Shown: positions 50,619 through 62,525, numbered from the stretch's first letter. The stretch: 64,000 bases of DNA from an uncultured Clostridia bacterium (GCA_945965275.1 CAMFNB010000001.1:25221-89220), one strand, 5' to 3'. Notes: generated by a model from the letters alone, not told the origin. Numbers and translations: made by a program.

Positions 50619-52520
50619 ATGGAAACATTCATTGCGGGAGAATATGATATAGCCGTAGCGGGAGCGGGACATGCAGGATGCGAAGCTGCACATGCAGCAG
50701 CAAAGCTGGGCTTTAAGACTGTGCTTTTCGCCATAAACTTAGACAGTGTTGCGAATATGGCCTGTAACCCCAACATCGGCGGAACTGCAAAGGGACAGCT
50801 CGTCAGAGAGGTTGATGCCCTGGGCGGTATCATGGGAAAAATTGCTGATAAATGTACGATTCAGTCGAAAATTCTTAACAGCACAAAGGGTCCGGCCGTG
50901 TATTCTCTTCGTGCACAGACAGACAGAAGAAAATACCAGTCTGAAATGAAGCACGCCTTAGAGCGCACTGACAATCTTGATCTCAAGCAGGATGAGGTTA
51001 TCGATATCCTCTCCGAAGAGGGTGAGAACGGCAAGCCGTATATCACCGGCGTTGTAACCAAAACGGGTGCAGTATATAAATGCAAAGAACTGATTTTATC
51101 AACGGGAACATATCTCAAGGGTAAAATAATCATGGGTGACCTCACGTATGAGGGAGGCCCGGACGGACAGTTCGCGGCTACACAACTTTCTTCGGCAATT
51201 TCAAAGCTGGGATTTACAATACAGAGACTTAAGACGGGAACTCCGCCGAGAGTAAACGCGAAGAATATTGATTTTACCGTGATGGAGCCGCAGGACGGAG
51301 ACGCAAAGATTCAGCCGTTCTCATTTGAGAATGAGTCCTATGAAATGCCGCAGGTAAAATGCTGGCTTACCCACACAACAGCAGAGACAAAAGAAATTAT
51401 TCAGAAAAATATCCACAAATCTCCGATTTACAACGGATCAATCAAGGGTATAGGACCGAGATACTGTCCTTCTCTTGAGGATAAGATAATGAGATTCTCA
51501 GACAAAGAAGCTCATCAGATTTTCATTGAACCGATGGGAACAAACACAGACGAAATGTATCTTCAGGGAATGTCATCATCACTTCCCGTTGAGGTTCAGC
51601 TTCAGTTTGTACGCTCTGTTCCCGGTCTTGAGCATGCTGAATTCATGCGTCCTGCGTATGCAATTGAATATGATGCAATTGATGCGCGCCAGCTTAAAAA
51701 CTCACTTGAGTCAAAAATCGTGGACGGCCTTTTCTGCGCCGGACAGATTAACGGAACATCAGGCTATGAGGAGGCTGCGTCACAGGGAATCGTGGCAGGA
51801 ATCAATGCTGCGCTGAGACTTCGCGGAGAGGAACCGATGATTCTCGACAGATCTCAGGCATATGTTGGTGTTCTTATCGACGACCTTGTTACCGAGGGAA
51901 CAAAAGAGCCATACAGAATGATGACGGCAAGAGCGGAGTACAGACTTCTGCTCCGTCAGGACAATGCAGATGAGAGACTTACGCCAATTGCATATAAAAT
52001 AGGCATGATTTCAGAAGAGAGATATGCAAAATTTGTTGAAAAATACAAAGCAGTAGAAGAAGAGGAAACCCGAATTTCCTCGATTTTCGTTCCGAATTCA
52101 GACCAAATAAATGCTTTTCTGGAAGAAAAGAACAGTGCTCCTTTAAAGAGCGGTGCCTGCCTTGAGGACCTTCTCAGAAGACCTGAACTTAAATACGATG
52201 ATATCCGACATATTGAAAAGCTCGCATTCGGAGAAAAGGCGGCTGAAGTAAGTCTTCGCGAGGATATTACCACAGAAGTCGAAATCAGAATAAAGTACAA
52301 GGGATATATCAAACGTCAGGAAGAGGAAGTGCAGAAGTTCAGAAAGACAGAAGCAAAAAAACTTCCTGAGGATTTTGACTATAACACGGTTGAAACTCTC
52401 AGCCTTGAGGCAAGAGAGAAACTCAACAAAGTTAAGCCCGCATCAATCGGCCAGGCAGGCCGTATAAGCGGCGTAACACCTGCAGATATAATGGCACTTA
52501 TGATTCATCTTAAGAAGTGA
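50619..52520 (+). CDS. mnmG: tRNA uridine 5-carboxymethylaminomethyl modification enzyme MnmG
   Basis: FAD motif [11 protein letters not shown]; ATG at 50619 chosen over track start 50592. Confidence 0.95.
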   Translation: METFIAGEYDIAVAGAGHAGCEAAHAAAKLGFKTVLFAINLDSVANMACNPNIGGTAKGQLVREVDALGGIMGKIADKCTIQSKILNSTKGPAVYSLRAQTDRRKYQSEMKHALERTDNLDLKQDEVIDILSEEGENGKPYITGVVTKTGAVYKCKELILSTGTYLKGKIIMGDLTYEGGPDGQFAATQLSSAISKLGFTIQRLKTGTPPRVNAKNIDFTVMEPQDGDAKIQPFSFENESYEMPQVKCWLTHTTAETKEIIQKNIHKSPIYNGSIKGIGPRYCPSLEDKIMRFSDKEAHQIFIEPMGTNTDEMYLQGMSSSLPVEVQLQFVRSVPGLEHAEFMRPAYAIEYDAIDARQLKNSLESKIVDGLFCAGQINGTSGYEEAASQGIVAGINAALRLRGEEPMILDRSQAYVGVLIDDLVTEGTKEPYRMMTARAEYRLLLRQDNADERLTPIAYKIGMISEERYAKFVEKYKAVEEEETRISSIFVPNSDQINAFLEEKNSAPLKSGACLEDLLRRPELKYDDIRHIEKLAFGEKAAEVSLREDITTEVEIRIKYKGYIKRQEEEVQKFRKTEAKKLPEDFDYNTVETLSLEAREKLNKVKPASIGQAGRISGVTPADIMALMIHLKK

Positions 52521-52526
52521 GGAATT

Positions 52527-53168
52527 ATGGATCCGAGATTTGATAAATACGCAGAGCTCCTGAAAGACTGGAACACACGGATAAATTTAACGGCAATTAC
52601 CGACGATGAGGAAATCAGAGTAAAACATTTTGAAGATTCTCTCACCATACTTCCGTATATCAAGGAAAATTCGACACTGGTGGATGTGGGTACGGGAGCG
52701 GGATTCCCGGGAATTCCTGTTGCCATTGCGCGCCCCGATGTGAATGTAACTCTTGTGGATTCTCTTGAAAAACGCGTGAAGTTCTTAAACTGTGTGGTTG
52801 AGACTCTTGGACTCACAAACGTCACATGTATCCACAGCCGCGCAGAAGATTTCGGTAAAAATCCGGATTATCGCGAAAAATTCGATCATGCTACAGCCAG
52901 AGCCGTGGCTTCAATGCCGGTGCTTCTTGAATACTGCCTACCCCTTGTGAAAGCCGGCGGAAGCTTTATTGCAATGAAGGGTGCAAATGCAGCAGATGAA
53001 AAATTCGACAAAGCTCTTAAGGTGCTCGGCGGAAAACTCAAGGCAACAGACAAGTTTGTTTTGGAAGGCACTGATATGGAAAGATGCATTTTTACAGTGG
53101 AAAAGGCAGGAAAGACGCCTCCGCAGTACCCCAGAAAAGCCGGTCTTCCGACAAAAAAACCTCTGTAG
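52527..53168 (+). CDS. rsmG: 16S rRNA (guanine527-N7)-methyltransferase RsmG
   Basis: GidB pattern; SAM motif VDVGTGAGFPG. Confidence 0.9.
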   Translation: MDPRFDKYAELLKDWNTRINLTAITDDEEIRVKHFEDSLTILPYIKENSTLVDVGTGAGFPGIPVAIARPDVNVTLVDSLEKRVKFLNCVVETLGLTNVTCIHSRAEDFGKNPDYREKFDHATARAVASMPVLLEYCLPLVKAGGSFIAMKGANAADEKFDKALKVLGGKLKATDKFVLEGTDMERCIFTVEKAGKTPPQYPRKAGLPTKKPL

Positions 53169-53275
53169 AAATAAATCGAAAAAAATAGCAAAATTTTTAC
53201 AGAAAAACAAAATTTTTCACAGAATATTAACTCCCCTTCGGTATTTACGATAAAGTAAGGCCGAGGGGAGTTTTT

Positions 53276-54142
53276 ATGTTCGGCAAAGAAGAAGACAAAA
53301 AAATTGAGTACATTCCGATAAAGAAAGTTCTGGCAAATCCGTACCAGCCGCGAAAGGAGTTTACCAATCAGTCCATAAAAAGACTGTCTGATTCCATAAA
53401 AGCCTGCGGAATTATTCAGCCGGTGAATGTGAGAGTCAGAGATGACGGTAAATACGAGCTGATCTCAGGTGAGCGGCGGGTGAGAGCTGCAAAGGAGGCC
53501 GGACTTCATTACATACCTGCAATTGTTTCCAGACTGACGGACGAGGAATCTGCGGTTGCTGCCCTGGTTGAAAACCTCCAAAGAGAAAACCTTAATTTTT
53601 TCGATGAAGCCGAAGGATATTTTGCGCTTCTGACCGAACACGGATTCACGCAATCGGAGCTTGCGAAAAAAATCGGCCGCAGTCAGGGAACCATTGCAAA
53701 TAAAATACGTCTTCTGAAGCTTTATCCCAGAACAAAGGAGCTGATCAGAAAGCACAATTTAAGCGAACGGCATGCGAGGGCGCTTTTGAGGATAAACGAA
53801 GAGAAATACCAGGTACGCACGGCAGAGGCCATTTGCGAAAGAGAATATTCGGTAAAAAAAGCGGAGAGAATTGTAAGAGAGACAATTGACAGGCTTTCCG
53901 ACGCCAAGGCTTATGTTTTCTCCGACAGTCCGGCTCAAAGTGAATTCTACGGCTCGGATGAATACTCCGAAGCAGCGAAAAACGCGAAAAACATTAAAAT
54001 TTTCATCAACACAATAAAGGAAACGATTCGTCTGCTGAAACTGTCGGGAGTGGATGCAAAAGCAGCTCAGTTTGACCGCGGAGAATACTACGAATTTGTG
54101 GTCAGAATCCCGAAGGAGAGCAATAAACTCTCGGGCACATAA
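53276..54142 (+). CDS. noc: ParB-like protein (Noc-like nucleoid occlusion / second ParB paralog)
   Basis: ParB box ISGERRVRAA, HTH; position downstream of rsmG as for noc. Confidence 0.75.
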   Translation: MFGKEEDKKIEYIPIKKVLANPYQPRKEFTNQSIKRLSDSIKACGIIQPVNVRVRDDGKYELISGERRVRAAKEAGLHYIPAIVSRLTDEESAVAALVENLQRENLNFFDEAEGYFALLTEHGFTQSELAKKIGRSQGTIANKIRLLKLYPRTKELIRKHNLSERHARALLRINEEKYQVRTAEAICEREYSVKKAERIVRETIDRLSDAKAYVFSDSPAQSEFYGSDEYSEAAKNAKNIKIFINTIKETIRLLKLSGVDAKAAQFDRGEYYEFVVRIPKESNKLSGT

Positions 54143-54229
54143 TATAGTAGGAAACTGCTTAAAAATGTGGACTTTTACCACAATATATGATATAATTCAA
54201 GGGATTACGAAAGGAGCCTTTCTTTCATT

Positions 54230-56806
54230 ATGGCAAAGAAGAATGATGACGAATTAATCCAATATAATGTCCCTGAAGATTCAGTAATTCCGAGAGATAT
54301 AGAAGCTGAAATGAGACGTGCTTTCATTGAATATTCAATGAGCGTTCTTATTGACAGAGCACTTCCTGACGTCAGAGACGGACTTAAGCCTGTTCACAGA
54401 CGTATTCTCTATTCTATGTATACACAGGGAATTACGGCAGATAAACCATTCCGTAAGTGTGCTACAACCGTAGGTGACGTACTCGGTAAGTACCATCCGC
54501 ACGGCGACGCTTCAGTTTATGATGCAATGGTAAGACTTGCTCAGGATTTCTCAATGAGAGAGACTCTTGTTGACGGTAACGGTAACTTCGGTTCACGTGA
54601 CGGTGATCCGCCGGCCGCAATGAGATACACTGAGGCAAGAATGACAAAGATCTCTATGGAGCTTCTTTCCGATATCAACAAAGAAACCGTTGATTTCAGA
54701 CCTAACTTCGACGAACACGAAATGGAGCCCTCCGTCCTTCCTTCAAGATTCCCGAACCTTTTGGTAAACGGTTCTTCGGGTATTGCCGTAGGTATGGCTA
54801 CAAACATCCCGCCTCATAACCTCGGCGAAGTCATTGACGGTGTTATTGCGGTAATTGACAATCCTGAGATTACAATCGACGGAATCATGGAATACATCAA
54901 AGGTCCTGACTTCCCGACAGGTGCCAACATTCTCGGCAAACAGGGAATCCGCGAAGCATATATGACAGGACGCGGTAAAATTTTAGTTCGTGCAGAGGCT
55001 AAGATTGAAGAGGATGCTTCAGGTAAGCAGAGAATCATAATTACAGAGCTTCCTTATCTTGTAAACAACGCAAGACTTGTTGAAAAGATCATGGAACTTC
55101 ACAAAGACAAAAAGGTTGAGGGTATTACGGACCTTCGTGACGAATACGACAGAACAGGTATCCGTATTGTCATTGAGCTTCGCAGGGATGCGAACGCAGA
55201 GGTAGTTCTCAACCAGTTATATAACTATTCAGATCTCCAGCAGGCATTCAATGTTAATATGATAGCCGTTGTACCGGAGCAGGGAGACGGCGGAATTTAT
55301 CACCAGCCGAAGGCGCTTAACTTAAGAGACATTCTTGACTATTACATCGCCCACCAGAAGGATGTAGTAACAAGAAGAACAAAATTTGATTTAAAGAAAT
55401 CAGCAGACAGGGCACATATCTTAGAGGGTGCTTTGATTGCACAGGATAATATCGACGAGGTAGTAAAAATCATCAGAGCATCTAAGGGAGAGGCTGAAGC
55501 AAAGCAGGCTCTTATGGACAGATTCGGTCTTTCTGATGTTCAGGCACAGTACATCGTTGACATGCGACTCGGACGCTTGACGGCTCTTGAAAGAAGCAAG
55601 CTTCTTGAAGAATATGACCAGCGCAAAAAGGAAGTTGAATATTATACAAGCCTTCTTGAGGATGAAACAAAACTCATGGGCGTTATCAAAGACGAGCTCC
55701 TTGAAATCAAGAGAAAATATAACGATGAAAGAAGAACAAGACTTCTTCCCTACGACGGTGAAATCGACATTGAGGACCTTATCACGGAGCAGGAGGTTGC
55801 AATCACCCTTACTCATGCAGGCTATGTAAAACGTACACCGGCTGACACATATAAGGCACAGAAGCGCGGCGGCCGTGGTATTGCGGGTCTTAAGACAAGA
55901 GAAGAAGACTTTGTTGAAAATATTCTTCTTACGTCTTCACACAGCAATGTTCTGTTTATCACTAACCAGGGAAGAATGTATTCTCTTAAGGGTTATGAGA
56001 TTCCTGATGCCGGAAGAAATGCAAAGGGAACAGCTATTGTTAACCTGCTTAATCTTCAGGAAGGTGAAAAGGTTGCAACAATTATTCCAATCACCGACTT
56101 TGAGCAAAACAAGTACTTAATCATCGGTACCAAGAACGGTATCATCAAGAAGACTGAGCTTAAAGATTACAGCAACATCAGAAAGAACGGTCTTATTGCA
56201 ATTGAGCTTAAGGACGGCGATGAGCTTGTTAATGCAGGCCTCGGCGATGACGATATTGAAATCATGCTTGCAACCAGAAACGGCCAGGCCATCAGATTCA
56301 AAGAGCAGGATGTAAGAACAACAGGACGTTCTTCAATCGGTGTTAAAGGAATTACTCTTGCAGATGATGACTACGTAATCGCAATGAACATCTGCCGTGA
56401 GGGCGATACAATGCTTGTTGTAACAGAAAGAGGTTTCGGAAAACGTTCAGCTCTTTCTGAATACAAGATTCAGTCTCGTGGCGGAAAGGGTGTTATGACA
56501 TATCGTGTATCAGAAAAGACAGGCAAGCTTGTTGCAATGATGCCTGTTCAGGACAACCACGATATTATGCTTATCACATCTGTTGGTATCATCATTCGTA
56601 TCCATGCAGCTGAAATCAATGTAATAGGTCGCGCAACTTCAGGCGTAACACTTATGAAGACAACTGATGACAATTACATCGTAGGATGCGGACGCACTGA
56701 TCACGAAGAAGAAACTCCTGAGGGAGAGGCTGAAAATGCCGAAGGAACAGAAGCTGAAGCACCGAAGGAAAATACTGCTGAAGCAGAAAGTCCCGCACAG
56801 GAATAA
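54230..56806 (+). CDS. gyrA: DNA gyrase subunit A
   Basis: Full-length GyrA with catalytic Tyr region and acidic C-tail. Confidence 0.97.
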   Translation: MAKKNDDELIQYNVPEDSVIPRDIEAEMRRAFIEYSMSVLIDRALPDVRDGLKPVHRRILYSMYTQGITADKPFRKCATTVGDVLGKYHPHGDASVYDAMVRLAQDFSMRETLVDGNGNFGSRDGDPPAAMRYTEARMTKISMELLSDINKETVDFRPNFDEHEMEPSVLPSRFPNLLVNGSSGIAVGMATNIPPHNLGEVIDGVIAVIDNPEITIDGIMEYIKGPDFPTGANILGKQGIREAYMTGRGKILVRAEAKIEEDASGKQRIIITELPYLVNNARLVEKIMELHKDKKVEGITDLRDEYDRTGIRIVIELRRDANAEVVLNQLYNYSDLQQAFNVNMIAVVPEQGDGGIYHQPKALNLRDILDYYIAHQKDVVTRRTKFDLKKSADRAHILEGALIAQDNIDEVVKIIRASKGEAEAKQALMDRFGLSDVQAQYIVDMRLGRLTALERSKLLEEYDQRKKEVEYYTSLLEDETKLMGVIKDELLEIKRKYNDERRTRLLPYDGEIDIEDLITEQEVAITLTHAGYVKRTPADTYKAQKRGGRGIAGLKTREEDFVENILLTSSHSNVLFITNQGRMYSLKGYEIPDAGRNAKGTAIVNLLNLQEGEKVATIIPITDFEQNKYLIIGTKNGIIKKTELKDYSNIRKNGLIAIELKDGDELVNAGLGDDDIEIMLATRNGQAIRFKEQDVRTTGRSSIGVKGITLADDDYVIAMNICREGDTMLVVTERGFGKRSALSEYKIQSRGGKGVMTYRVSEKTGKLVAMMPVQDNHDIMLITSVGIIIRIHAAEINVIGRATSGVTLMKTTDDNYIVGCGRTDHEEETPEGEAENAEGTEAEAPKENTAEAESPAQE

Positions 56807-56823
56807 CACTGTAAAATACCTGA

Positions 56824-56860
56824 GCGACAGGAGCCGCCCGCACCTGTCGCTTTTCTTTTT
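56824..56860 (+). terminator. rho-independent terminator after gyrA
   Basis: gcgacagg/cctgtcgc stem, 11-nt loop, TTTTCTTTTT. Confidence 0.6.
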
Positions 56861-56878
56861 AATCAAAGGGAGAAAACA

Positions 56879-57538
56879 ATGATAACCGGAGCAATTTTCG
56901 ATTTAGACGGAACAATACTTGATTCGATGCCATACTGGGACTCTGTAGGGTCAGACTACATGGCGTCTTTAGGCTTTGTTGTACCTCCTGAAGTAAAAGC
57001 ACAAATTCAGGCAATAAGCATGTCTAAGGTTGCTCAGTTTTTAATTGACTATTACAGTCTTGATACAACAGTGGATCAGTTCAAAGCAGACGTTTACTTA
57101 ATGATGCAGAAGCATTACCTCGAAGATATTCCGATCAAAACGGGTGTTGATGATTTTCTTTGCAGGCTTAAAAACAACGGCGTTAAAATGTGTATTGCAA
57201 CTGCTACGGCAAAGTCGCTTGCTGATCAGGCTTTAAGAAGACTGGGACTCAGAGAATATTTTTCTGAAATTTTTTCAGTTGATGAAATCGGAGCGGGCAA
57301 GGGCCATCCTGATATTTACCGTGCAGCACTCAATCATCTGGGAACAAAGAAAGAAGAAACTTTTGTCATAGAGGATATTTGGAAGGCATTGGAAACCGCG
57401 AATAAAGACGGATTTGTTACGGTGGGCGTGTATGATGACCGTGAAAAGGCAAATCAGGACAGACTGAAGGAAAATGCCGACTACTATATAGAGCAATATT
57501 CTGACTTTGATAAGTTCTGGGAAACCCTGAATAAATAA
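56879..57538 (+). CDS. HAD-superfamily hydrolase (beta-phosphoglucomutase-like)
   Basis: Motif I FDLDGTILDS. Confidence 0.75.
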   Translation: MITGAIFDLDGTILDSMPYWDSVGSDYMASLGFVVPPEVKAQIQAISMSKVAQFLIDYYSLDTTVDQFKADVYLMMQKHYLEDIPIKTGVDDFLCRLKNNGVKMCIATATAKSLADQALRRLGLREYFSEIFSVDEIGAGKGHPDIYRAALNHLGTKKEETFVIEDIWKALETANKDGFVTVGVYDDREKANQDRLKENADYYIEQYSDFDKFWETLNK

Positions 57539-57539
57539 A

Positions 57540-58265
57540 TTAAATTACGAATCCGCCGTTTACTCCGAGAATCTGACCGGTAATAAAGCCTGCCTTGTCA
57601 GAGAGAAGAAACTTAACGGCTTCAGCAACATCATCGGGACTTCCGATTCTGCCAAGAGGTGTTTCGTCACAAAGGGCGGACAAATCCTCTTCGGAGAGGT
57701 GCCCATTCATAGGAGTATCTATAACTCCGGGTGTAACACAGTTCACGCGAATGCCGGAAAGGCCGACCTCTTTTGCAAGGGCCTTCGTAAAAGCAATGAG
57801 TGCTCCCTTTGTTGCTGAATATGCAACTTCACATGAAGCACCGACTTCACCCCACATTGAAGAAATATTCACTATTGCACCACTGTGGTTATGTATCATG
57901 TTTTTGAGAGCCGCTTTTGAAACAAGCATTGCGGCCTTAACGTTTACGAAAAAAATCTCATCAAGCTCATCTGCACTCATATCGGTAAAAAGACCGACTT
58001 TTGATATGCCGGCATTGTTAACCAAAAGCTCCGGAAGAAGATTGCGTGCAGCAAGTTCTTCAAAAAGGCGGGTGACTTCGGAATCCGAAGAGAGATCACC
58101 CTGAAAAACATATGCGGCACCCGAATCTGCCAAAGCCTCCGGGTTTTTGTTGCAGCAAAGTACCGGTCTGCAGCCCTCTTTCGCAAGGGAAGAAGCAATT
58201 GCTTTGCCGATACCGCCTGATGCGCCGGTAATTAATACAGTTTTGCCTGATAAATTAGTTTCCAT
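57540..58265 (-). CDS. SDR family oxidoreductase (FabG-like)
   Basis: TGASGGIGKAIA, YSATK. Confidence 0.8.
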   Translation of the reverse strand: METNLSGKTVLITGASGGIGKAIASSLAKEGCRPVLCCNKNPEALADSGAAYVFQGDLSSDSEVTRLFEELAARNLLPELLVNNAGISKVGLFTDMSADELDEIFFVNVKAAMLVSKAALKNMIHNHSGAIVNISSMWGEVGASCEVAYSATKGALIAFTKALAKEVGLSGIRVNCVTPGVIDTPMNGHLSEEDLSALCDETPLGRIGSPDDVAEAVKFLLSDKAGFITGQILGVNGGFVI

Positions 58266-58289
58266 AACTCAATTATATATTTTGCCTGC

Positions 58290-58491
58290 GCTGTTGTCCA
58301 CCTGAAAACGAGATATTGCAAAACAGTGGACAGAAGAGAAAGAGATTGTGCTTTTTTGTCCACTAAAATGAAAAACTACAGCACTTTGTGGCACCGCTTA
58401 AATAAAGGGTTTTCTAATAAAAAGTGCCCAAAAACCGCATAAACAAAGGGTGCCACCAAATTGATTTTTTTACCGTTTCAGTGGACAATTT
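58290..58491. promoter_or_regulatory. three copies of a 7-mer inverted-repeat unit (TGTCCAC/GTGCCAC - 24 nt - GTGGACA/GTGGCAC) in the SDR/ddl divergent intergenic region
   Basis: tgtccac 58295 / gtggaca 58326; tgtccac 58358 / gtggcac 58389; gtgccac 58450 / gtggaca 58481; constant 31-bp start-to-start spacing. Confidence 0.4.
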
Positions 58492-58583
58492 TTCTGTGAT
58501 ATGCACATGACGCTTCATGTTTGAATAATCTGCCCTGTTGTTGTAAAATAATTATGTATGTTTATATATAGAAGGTAGAAGAG

Positions 58584-59666
58584 ATGGGCAAAAAAAAGAT
58601 TGCAGTTCTTTTCGGCGGAATGTCCACAGAGCACAGCGTTTCATGCGTATCTGCAACATCCGTAATCAAAGGACTGAACAAAGATAAATATGATGTAATT
58701 CCTGTAGGCCTAGCCGAAAACGGAGACTGGCTTCCGTACAGCGGGGAATATGACAACATCAAAAACGGCACTTGGGAAGAGGATGCACGTAAGGAGAATA
58801 ATGTACCCTTTACAGAAGAAGGATGCATTATGGAACCGGGCATCAAAGCAATCAGAGACTGTGATATAGTTTTCCCGGTACTCCACGGAGCAGGCGGAGA
58901 AGACGGAACCGTTCAGGGACTCCTTGAGCTTATGAAGAAACCATACGTAGGCTGCGGCGTTCTTGCATCAGCGGTAGGCATGGACAAAGCATATACAAAG
59001 GTCGTGGTTGCTGAAAAGGGTATTCCGCAGGCAAAGCATGTTGTTGCACACAGAGAAGACATTCTGAGGGATAAGAATTGCTACACTCAGGAAATCTCAG
59101 AGAAGCTTGGTTTTCCTTGCTTTGTTAAGCCGGCAAACTCAGGATCCTCAGTAGGTGTGTTTAAAGTAGGCACAAAGGAAGAGCTTCCGGATATTTTACA
59201 GGAAGCACAAAAATATGACAGAAAAATAATTGTCGAAGAATTTATTGACGGCAGAGAAATTGAATGTGCGGTAATGGGCAATGCAGAACCCAAAGCTGCC
59301 ACACCGGGAGAAATCAAACCGTCAGCGGAATTCTATGACTTTGTTGACAAGTATAAGAGCGGTTCTTCAATTACGGTTATCCCCGCGGAGATTCCGCAGG
59401 AAAAACTTGAAGAGGTTCGCAGCAACGCACTTAAGATATATAAGGCGCTTGACTGCTCCGGACTTTCACGGGTTGACTTCTTCTATGAGGGAAACACAGG
59501 AAGAGTTATTTTCAACGAGATTAACACGCTTCCGGGCTTCACTGACATTTCAATGTACAGCAAGCTTTGGGCGGCAGAGGGAGTAGACTTCTCAGAGCTT
59601 CTTGACCGGCTCATTGATTACGGATTTATGAGAATACAGGAAAACGAAAGGATAGTTTCAAAATAG
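58584..59666 (+). CDS. ddl: D-alanine--D-alanine ligase
   Basis: N-terminus KIAVLFGGMSTEHSVS, ATP-grasp. Confidence 0.9.
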   Translation: MGKKKIAVLFGGMSTEHSVSCVSATSVIKGLNKDKYDVIPVGLAENGDWLPYSGEYDNIKNGTWEEDARKENNVPFTEEGCIMEPGIKAIRDCDIVFPVLHGAGGEDGTVQGLLELMKKPYVGCGVLASAVGMDKAYTKVVVAEKGIPQAKHVVAHREDILRDKNCYTQEISEKLGFPCFVKPANSGSSVGVFKVGTKEELPDILQEAQKYDRKIIVEEFIDGREIECAVMGNAEPKAATPGEIKPSAEFYDFVDKYKSGSSITVIPAEIPQEKLEEVRSNALKIYKALDCSGLSRVDFFYEGNTGRVIFNEINTLPGFTDISMYSKLWAAEGVDFSELLDRLIDYGFMRIQENERIVSK

Positions 59667-60488
59667 ATGAACAGAAAACCAATCGGTGTTTTTGATTCAG
59701 GCCTTGGCGGTCTCACCGTTTTAAAAGAGTTACACAAAGCTTTGCCGAATGAGGATTTAATCTACTTCGGTGATAACGGACGTACGCCTTACGGAACCAA
59801 GTCAAAGGAAACTGTCATTAAATATACACACCAGGACATTAACTTCCTTCTCAAACAGGACGTTAAAATGATTGTCATCGCCTGCAACACGGTAAGTGCA
59901 TGCAGCTATGACATAGTGACAAAGGAATACGACATTCCGATTATCGAGGTTGTGGGACCGGGGGCACGTGCGGCAGTACGAAACACCAGGGAAAAGCACA
60001 TCGGCGTTATCGCAACTCCTGCAACAATCGGAAGCGGAGTATATGAAAAAGCAATAAAGGATATTTTACCGGATGCAGTATGCAGCAATAAAGCATGTCC
60101 TATGTTCGTGCCTCTCGTAGAAGAGGGCTGGTGGGACAACGAGATTACCGAAGCTGTTGCCGAAAAGTATCTCGGTGAAATGAAGCAGGATGGCGTGGAT
60201 ACACTGGTGCTTGGCTGCACACACTATCCGATGCTCACAAAAGTTCTGGGCAGAGTGATGGGCGATAATGTTACGCTTATAAATTCAGCTTCAGTTGTTG
60301 CCGAAGAGGCTGCCGAAAAAATCAAGGAAATGAATCTTGCAAATGACAAGGAGCATCTCGGTAAAATAAAATATTTTACCAGTGACTCAGCGGAAAAATT
60401 CAAAACTCTTGCGGTTAATTTCATGAATGAGGAAATCGACAACGCAGAGAAAATCTATATTGAAAAAGAAAGTGTGGAAGCAAAGTGA
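59667..60488 (+). CDS. murI: glutamate racemase
   Basis: GVFDSGLGGLTV and CNT(V/A)S motifs. Confidence 0.9.
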   Translation: MNRKPIGVFDSGLGGLTVLKELHKALPNEDLIYFGDNGRTPYGTKSKETVIKYTHQDINFLLKQDVKMIVIACNTVSACSYDIVTKEYDIPIIEVVGPGARAAVRNTREKHIGVIATPATIGSGVYEKAIKDILPDAVCSNKACPMFVPLVEEGWWDNEITEAVAEKYLGEMKQDGVDTLVLGCTHYPMLTKVLGRVMGDNVTLINSASVVAEEAAEKIKEMNLANDKEHLGKIKYFTSDSAEKFKTLAVNFMNEEIDNAEKIYIEKESVEAK

Positions 60489-60913
60489 CAGATTGTGCTG
60501 CCAGAATGAAAATAGAAACAATAAGCGACAACGAGCCGAAGCTGACAAAGATTTGTCACGGCACCGTTTCCGAAGAAAACGGCGGCTTCGTTCTAAGGTA
60601 TGTTGAGGAAGCATCAGAATTTCAGAAGACAAAAACAAAGGTCACTCTGAAGGACGATTACATGAGCATACTCAGAACGGGATCCTTCAACAATAAACTC
60701 GAGTTCAGACTGGGTGAGCTTATTGAAGCATATTACGAAACACCCTTCGGACAGATTCAGATTGAAACTGATACAAGCGAAATAAAAATGGTGTATGAAG
60801 AGCATAAAAATATCATAAGATATGACATAAAATACCGTCTTATGATGGGCGGAACAAAGAATGAACTTTCGAATAAAGTTGTAAGCATTCTTGTAAAAAT
60901 CATGGAGAGATAA
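60485..60913 (+). CDS. hypothetical protein (possibly DUF1934-like)
   Basis: 142-aa ORF overlapping murI stop by 4 nt. Confidence 0.4.
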   Translation: MTDCAARMKIETISDNEPKLTKICHGTVSEENGGFVLRYVEEASEFQKTKTKVTLKDDYMSILRTGSFNNKLEFRLGELIEAYYETPFGQIQIETDTSEIKMVYEEHKNIIRYDIKYRLMMGGTKNELSNKVVSILVKIMER

Positions 60914-60914
60914 A

Positions 60915-62525
60915 GTGGCTGAAAAGAAGAACAGAGAAGAGAAAATCGAAAGCCTTGTAAACACCCCAAAGGGACAGGATCCGTGGGATGCCTATTTCAA
61001 TGCGAACAATCAGGCTGCTTCAACTCCCGGTAAAAAGAAAAAGAAGAAAAAGAAAAAGAATGTTTTCCTGGCTCCTTCTGTTATGATGTCAATCATCTGC
61101 GGACTTGCCATTATCATATCTTTAATTGCGCTCGGTACAACTGCATTCAGAATTGCAAGAGCCGAAGCAACCCCGACTCCAGAGATAATCGCAGACGGAG
61201 AACCGACCCCGTCACCGACCCCCTTCCCGTCACCTGTTCCGATTCAGGGTGTGGAATCTTTCTCGACACTTTCAGACGAACTTTGCACGCTTACAAAGAC
61301 GGATGAGGAGTGGTGTAAGAAAGAGGAGGATCCCTCTGACCAGGGACTCTATTTCATTTCAAAAGAATTAAGAGAAACTCTCATTTACCAGGTTGACGCA
61401 AACAGTCTTTGTAAAGGAGAATATTCACTTACTGATTTCAATTACATGTGGATAAACTCGGAAAATAACGGATTTAATGTTGTAATCAACATCGCCGGTT
61501 CAAAAATTGACCTTTCTGATTACTATATCTTAGTCCGTGACGAACAGGGACTTTACGCATCGCGAGTAATCATCAACTGCTATGAGGCAGATGAAGTAAT
61601 TCTTTCAAATGCAATCGTAACCGGAACAATACTCGCACCGAAGGCCACTATCAAGTGCGGTAATGCATTTGTTTACGGCCAGCTCATCGGTAAAAATTAC
61701 GAGGGAAATCTCAGATTTAAGAGAGATATTGTTTTTACAGGCTATGCGGACGTAATGGGAACAACGCATGGCGTGGACTTTACAAACACGGCAATTAAAA
61801 AGAGAGTAATCGAAGCACTTAAGAAGGCTGACTCAAGAACATACGGAAGCTATGGCATGGGCAGTGAGCTTCTGGAAAAGGACATCAAGAGAATATTCGA
61901 GCTTGATCTTTCTGATTTGGAAATCAAGGATTTTGCACATGACCTTGATCTCTTCTCGCATTTGCTTTCTCTCGACATAAGCGGAAATGCGATAACGGAT
62001 TTTGATCTTTCAAACTTCCCGAACCTTCAGGCTCTCTATGCAAGAGGCCTGCCAATCAAAGAGCTTGATATTTCTCCGTGCACTGCGCTCAGAATTTTGG
62101 ATGTAAGCTCAACAAGACTTAATTCGCTTCCGGATTTCTCAAAGGCACCGAAACTTGAATATCTCAATATTGAAGACACAGATATAAAAACACTTGATTA
62201 CTGGAGTCTTCAGAATTTAAAGAAACTTAATATTTCAAATAACTCACAGCTTTACGAGTTTGATGTAAGCAAGCTTGAACTGATTGAGCAGTTGGATATT
62301 TCATATTGCTCGCTTACGTCTCTTTCTCTTCAGGGTGCAAAGAATCTTGTTTACCTGAAGGCATCGGGAAATTCATACGAGTCAATCAGCTTAGATGATG
62401 CTCCGAAACTTGCGTATGCAGAAGTTTATACGGAATCTTTAAAAACGATTATGGCAAAGGACTTCTTAAAAAGAACAAACTCAAGACTTTATCGTCTTGA
62501 GTCTGCAACAGTTGTAAACAGCTGA
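60915..62525 (+). CDS. membrane-anchored leucine-rich-repeat protein with N-terminal poly-Lys tract
   Basis: KKKKKKKKK then TM helix; C-terminal LRRs (LxxLxLxxN/T...). Confidence 0.7.
   Translation: MAEKKNREEKIESLVNTPKGQDPWDAYFNANNQAASTPGKKKKKKKKKNVFLAPSVMMSIICGLAIIISLIALGTTAFRIARAEATPTPEIIADGEPTPSPTPFPSPVPIQGVESFSTLSDELCTLTKTDEEWCKKEEDPSDQGLYFISKELRETLIYQVDANSLCKGEYSLTDFNYMWINSENNGFNVVINIAGSKIDLSDYYILVRDEQGLYASRVIINCYEADEVILSNAIVTGTILAPKATIKCGNAFVYGQLIGKNYEGNLRFKRDIVFTGYADVMGTTHGVDFTNTAIKKRVIEALKKADSRTYGSYGMGSELLEKDIKRIFELDLSDLEIKDFAHDLDLFSHLLSLDISGNAITDFDLSNFPNLQALYARGLPIKELDISPCTALRILDVSSTRLNSLPDFSKAPKLEYLNIEDTDIKTLDYWSLQNLKKLNISNNSQLYEFDVSKLELIEQLDISYCSLTSLSLQGAKNLVYLKASGNSYESISLDDAPKLAYAEVYTESLKTIMAKDFLKRTNSRLYRLESATVVNS

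Noticed and set aside
49897-50833. Antisense ORFs of 182 aa and 132 aa overlapping mnmE/mnmG
   Set aside because: Shadow ORFs within highly conserved housekeeping genes; Ser/Pro-rich nonsense-like translations
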